Of a stretch of DNA of 64,000 nt, positions 61,474-64,000 are shown piece after piece. Both the position numbers and the translations under genes were made by a program. Position 1 is the first letter of the stretch, and the number at the start of each line of letters is the position of its first letter. The notes under the pieces are model-generated. The model searched no databases. It was given only the letters and a program-made list of their open reading frames with translations, and was not told the origin of the DNA. This stretch comes from Aequorivita sp. (lineage in GTDB: Bacteria > Bacteroidota > Bacteroidia > Flavobacteriales > Flavobacteriaceae), in contig PAZL01000003.1 in assembly GCA_002715485.1 (NCBI GenBank), forward strand, positions 17,620 to 81,619, given 5' to 3'.

Positions 61474-62006
61474 TGCGAATAATTTCGGGAACATACAAAG
61501 GAAGAAGACTAACCGCACCAAAAAACCTGCCCGTTCGTCCCACGACCGATTTTGCGAAAGAAGCTCTGTTCAACATTTTAAGAGTTCGGTATTATTTTGA
61601 TGAAATTACAGTTTTAGACTTGTTTGCAGGCACCGGAAACATCAGTTTTGAATTTGCTTCGCGTGGTGTTCAAAACATTACAGCAGTTGATCGCCATATG
61701 GGCTGTGTACAATATATAAATAAAGTTTCGGAAGAATTTGAATTTCCCATTATTACCATAAAATCTGATGTGCGTAAGTATTTGGAGAAAGCTTCGGGAA
61801 AATATGATGTTATTTTTGCAGACCCTCCATACGACTTTACCACTGAGGTTTTGAATGATTTGATAGAAGTAATTATGGCTAATTCTTTGTTGAATTCGGA
61901 TGGATTGCTTATTATTGAACATGCAAAACAAAATGATCTTTCCTCACTTCCCCATTTTGTAGAAGCTCGCAAATACGGAAGTTCCGTATTCAGTTTTTTT
62001 AATTAA
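61473..62006 (+). CDS. rsmD: 16S rRNA m2G966 methyltransferase
   Basis: MRIISG, RPTTD, LDLFAGTG, FADPPY. Confidence 0.93.
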   Translation: MRIISGTYKGRRLTAPKNLPVRPTTDFAKEALFNILRVRYYFDEITVLDLFAGTGNISFEFASRGVQNITAVDRHMGCVQYINKVSEEFEFPIITIKSDVRKYLEKASGKYDVIFADPPYDFTTEVLNDLIEVIMANSLLNSDGLLIIEHAKQNDLSSLPHFVEARKYGSSVFSFFN

Positions 62007-62016
62007 AACAAACATT

Positions 62017-62397
62017 TTGTCCTTTAAAAATAAAACTATTGATTTAGGCTTCGTTGTTATGGACCTAACCGAACACTGTGTAATTTCTACTGTTAAGGAA
62101 GGGGTATTGATTGATTTAGAACATATTGCAGCATTCCATGAGATTTTTGCAGAGTATTATTTCGATAGACATTTTGGTTTTATTGACAACCGTATAAATC
62201 AATACGCTATAAATCTAAATCCCGAAGTCTACAATACACGTTATCCCAAAATGGTTGGAATAGCCATTGTATGCTATACCGAAAATTGTATTAAGAATGC
62301 AAATTTTGAAAAAACTTTCTATAATTGGCCTTTTGGCGTTTTTAAAGATTTGGAAGAAGCAAAACAATGGATTGATAAATTGAAAGCAGAAAAATAA
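62017..62397 (+). CDS. Hypothetical STAS/SpoIIAA-like protein
   Basis: 126 aa; NRINQYAI...EKTF...FKDLEEAKQW. Confidence 0.6.
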   Translation: MSFKNKTIDLGFVVMDLTEHCVISTVKEGVLIDLEHIAAFHEIFAEYYFDRHFGFIDNRINQYAINLNPEVYNTRYPKMVGIAIVCYTENCIKNANFEKTFYNWPFGVFKDLEEAKQWIDKLKAEK

Positions 62398-62400
62398 AAA

Positions 62401-62720
62401 AAGCAGGCCTATAAGCCGGGTTCTGTATCAGCATAAAGCTAATCCTCATCATTTATCTAGACGCTTCGTTACCGAAACGTTCTATCTGCCTACCCTCCTG
62501 CATCGGGCGGGTACCCTCAAGCACAGGTTTACGTGGCATTTCACCGCATAGAGTTTACCTGATTTCACTACAGCATTACCTGTACATCCTTTCTGCTGCA
62601 CTTGTCCTGAAATCCTCGCATAAGCGTGGATCCCGACGGCCGTTAGCCGCTATGCTTCCCTTTGGTGTCCGGACTTTCCTCTCCCGAATTTAACTTCGGC
62701 AGCGATAAGGCGGCCTGCTC
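62401..62720 (-). ncRNA. rnpB: RNase P RNA (type A)
   Basis: Minus strand has GAGGAAAGTCC (plus-strand ggactttcctc) and ACAGAACCCGGCTTAT (plus-strand ataagccgggttctgt). P1 ends GAGCAGGCC/GGCCTGCTT. TACTTTTG -7 promoter lies immediately upstream. Confidence 0.96.
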
Positions 62721-62812
62721 TGCAAAAGTACTCCAATGTTAATAAATATAGGAAAATACAAACAGCTATTTTTTTAAAACCCATTGTACATCTTTATATT
62801 TGTTTCCGCACT

Positions 62813-64000
62813 ATGGAACACTTTATTGTATCAGCCCGTAAATACCGCCCCGCCGTTTTTAAAGACGTTGTAGGGCAACAGGCCATTACAAATACGCTGG
62901 AAAATGCTATAGTAAACAACCACCTTGCGCAGGCGTTGCTTTTTACGGGTCCGCGTGGTGTGGGAAAAACCACCTGTGCACGAATTCTCGCCAAGAAAAT
63001 AAATCAGGACGGCACTGAAAAGGAAGGTGAAGACTTTGCTTTCAATATTTTTGAACTGGATGCCGCTTCAAACAATTCTGTAGATGACATTCGGAACTTG
63101 ATAGACCAAGTTAGAATCCCGCCACAGGTCGGAAAATACAAAGTGTATATTATTGATGAGGTGCATATGCTCTCTTCGGCAGCTTTCAACGCTTTTTTGA
63201 AAACTTTGGAAGAACCGCCAAAACATGCCATTTTCATATTGGCAACTACCGAAAAACACAAAATTATACCTACCATACTCTCGCGCTGCCAGATTTTTGA
63301 TTTCAGAAGAATTGGCGTTCGTGATATTAAAGAACATTTAGCTGAAGTAGCCAAGGCAGAAAACATAGATGCTGAAGATGACGCGTTGCATATTATTGCC
63401 CAAAAAGCAGATGGAGCATTACGCGATGCACTTTCAATTTTTGACAGGGTTGTAAGTTTCGCCGGAAAAAACCTAACACGCGAAGCCGTTACCGAAAACC
63501 TTAACGTACTTGATTATACGTGGTATTTTCAGATAACAGATTTGCTTTTGGAAAACAACATTCCACAGGTTTTGGTCACTTATAACGATATTCTCTCAAA
63601 AGGATTTGACGGACACCATTTCGTTATGGGCCTAGCCTCCCATTTCCGAGACTTGTTGGTTTGCAAAAATCAGCAGACCATAGATTTATTGGAAGTTGGC
63701 GAACAGGTAAAAACCATGTATTTTGAACAATCCCAGAAAACCGATACACGGTTTTTGATTGATGGAATTGACATTGCCAATACTTGCGATTTAAAGTATA
63801 AAACCAGCCAAAACCAACGGCTTCTTGTTGAGCTTTGCCTAATGCAGCTTGCTTCCCTGACTTTTCAGGGCGAAAAAAAAAACTCCTCTAGCGGCCAACG
63901 CTTCGTAATACCTCCCTCTTATTTTAAAAGTGAAAAATTTACATCAGAAAAGATAACTTCTGCTGGAAGTATTCAGCCCAAACCCATTAAAAAGGTTGAA
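62813..64000 (+). CDS. dnaX: DNA polymerase III gamma/tau subunit (5' part, runs off window)
   Basis: MEHFIVSARKYRP, GPRGVGKTT, ELDAASNN, IIDEVHML, SRC; open to window end. Confidence 0.96.
   Translation, partial: MEHFIVSARKYRPAVFKDVVGQQAITNTLENAIVNNHLAQALLFTGPRGVGKTTCARILAKKINQDGTEKEGEDFAFNIFELDAASNNSVDDIRNLIDQVRIPPQVGKYKVYIIDEVHMLSSAAFNAFLKTLEEPPKHAIFILATTEKHKIIPTILSRCQIFDFRRIGVRDIKEHLAEVAKAENIDAEDDALHIIAQKADGALRDALSIFDRVVSFAGKNLTREAVTENLNVLDYTWYFQITDLLLENNIPQVLVTYNDILSKGFDGHHFVMGLASHFRDLLVCKNQQTIDLLEVGEQVKTMYFEQSQKTDTRFLIDGIDIANTCDLKYKTSQNQRLLVELCLMQLASLTFQGEKKNSSSGQRFVIPPSYFKSEKFTSEKITSAGSIQPKPIKKVE

Noticed and set aside
62794-63366. Minus-strand ORFs of 66-120 aa
   Set aside because: These are antisense shadows of dnaX. 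The same applies to the many short ORFs opposite tamB, fusA2, poxB-like, ALDH and other long genes.

Overview
This AT-rich, gene-dense 64-kb segment is from a Bacteroidota (Flavobacteriaceae-type) chromosome, judged by TAnnTTTG promoters, a T9SS cargo protein, TamL/TamB and a sigmaABfr-type sigma. It holds about 60 CDS of mostly housekeeping and stress function, including two SF2 helicases, EF-G2, MsrA, TamL-TamB, YceI/pirin/Crp-Fnr, USP/FMN-GltS/pyruvate oxidase, a divergent RpoD paralog, three MscS channels, a VPS10/BNR protein, gcvT-glutaminase-phhB, yebC, a RecD-like helicase, rsmD and the 5' part of dnaX. It also contains RNase P RNA. I saw no mobile element, prophage, CRISPR array, rRNA or tRNA. 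The most notable unannotated signal is a stand-alone tandem array of three related, basic micro-peptides (28, 28 and 44 aa; 27325-27690) behind an ECF-type promoter. Other notable signals are a KdsB-KdnB (Kdo activation plus Kdo 8-oxidase) gene fusion, an A10 slippery run in dnaX with near stops in both shifted frames, twin identically spaced Fnr-like boxes before yceI and pirin, a probable CTG start, and a GTPase-degenerate EF-G2 with a structured leader. All family assignments come from motif recognition and recall, not database searches.
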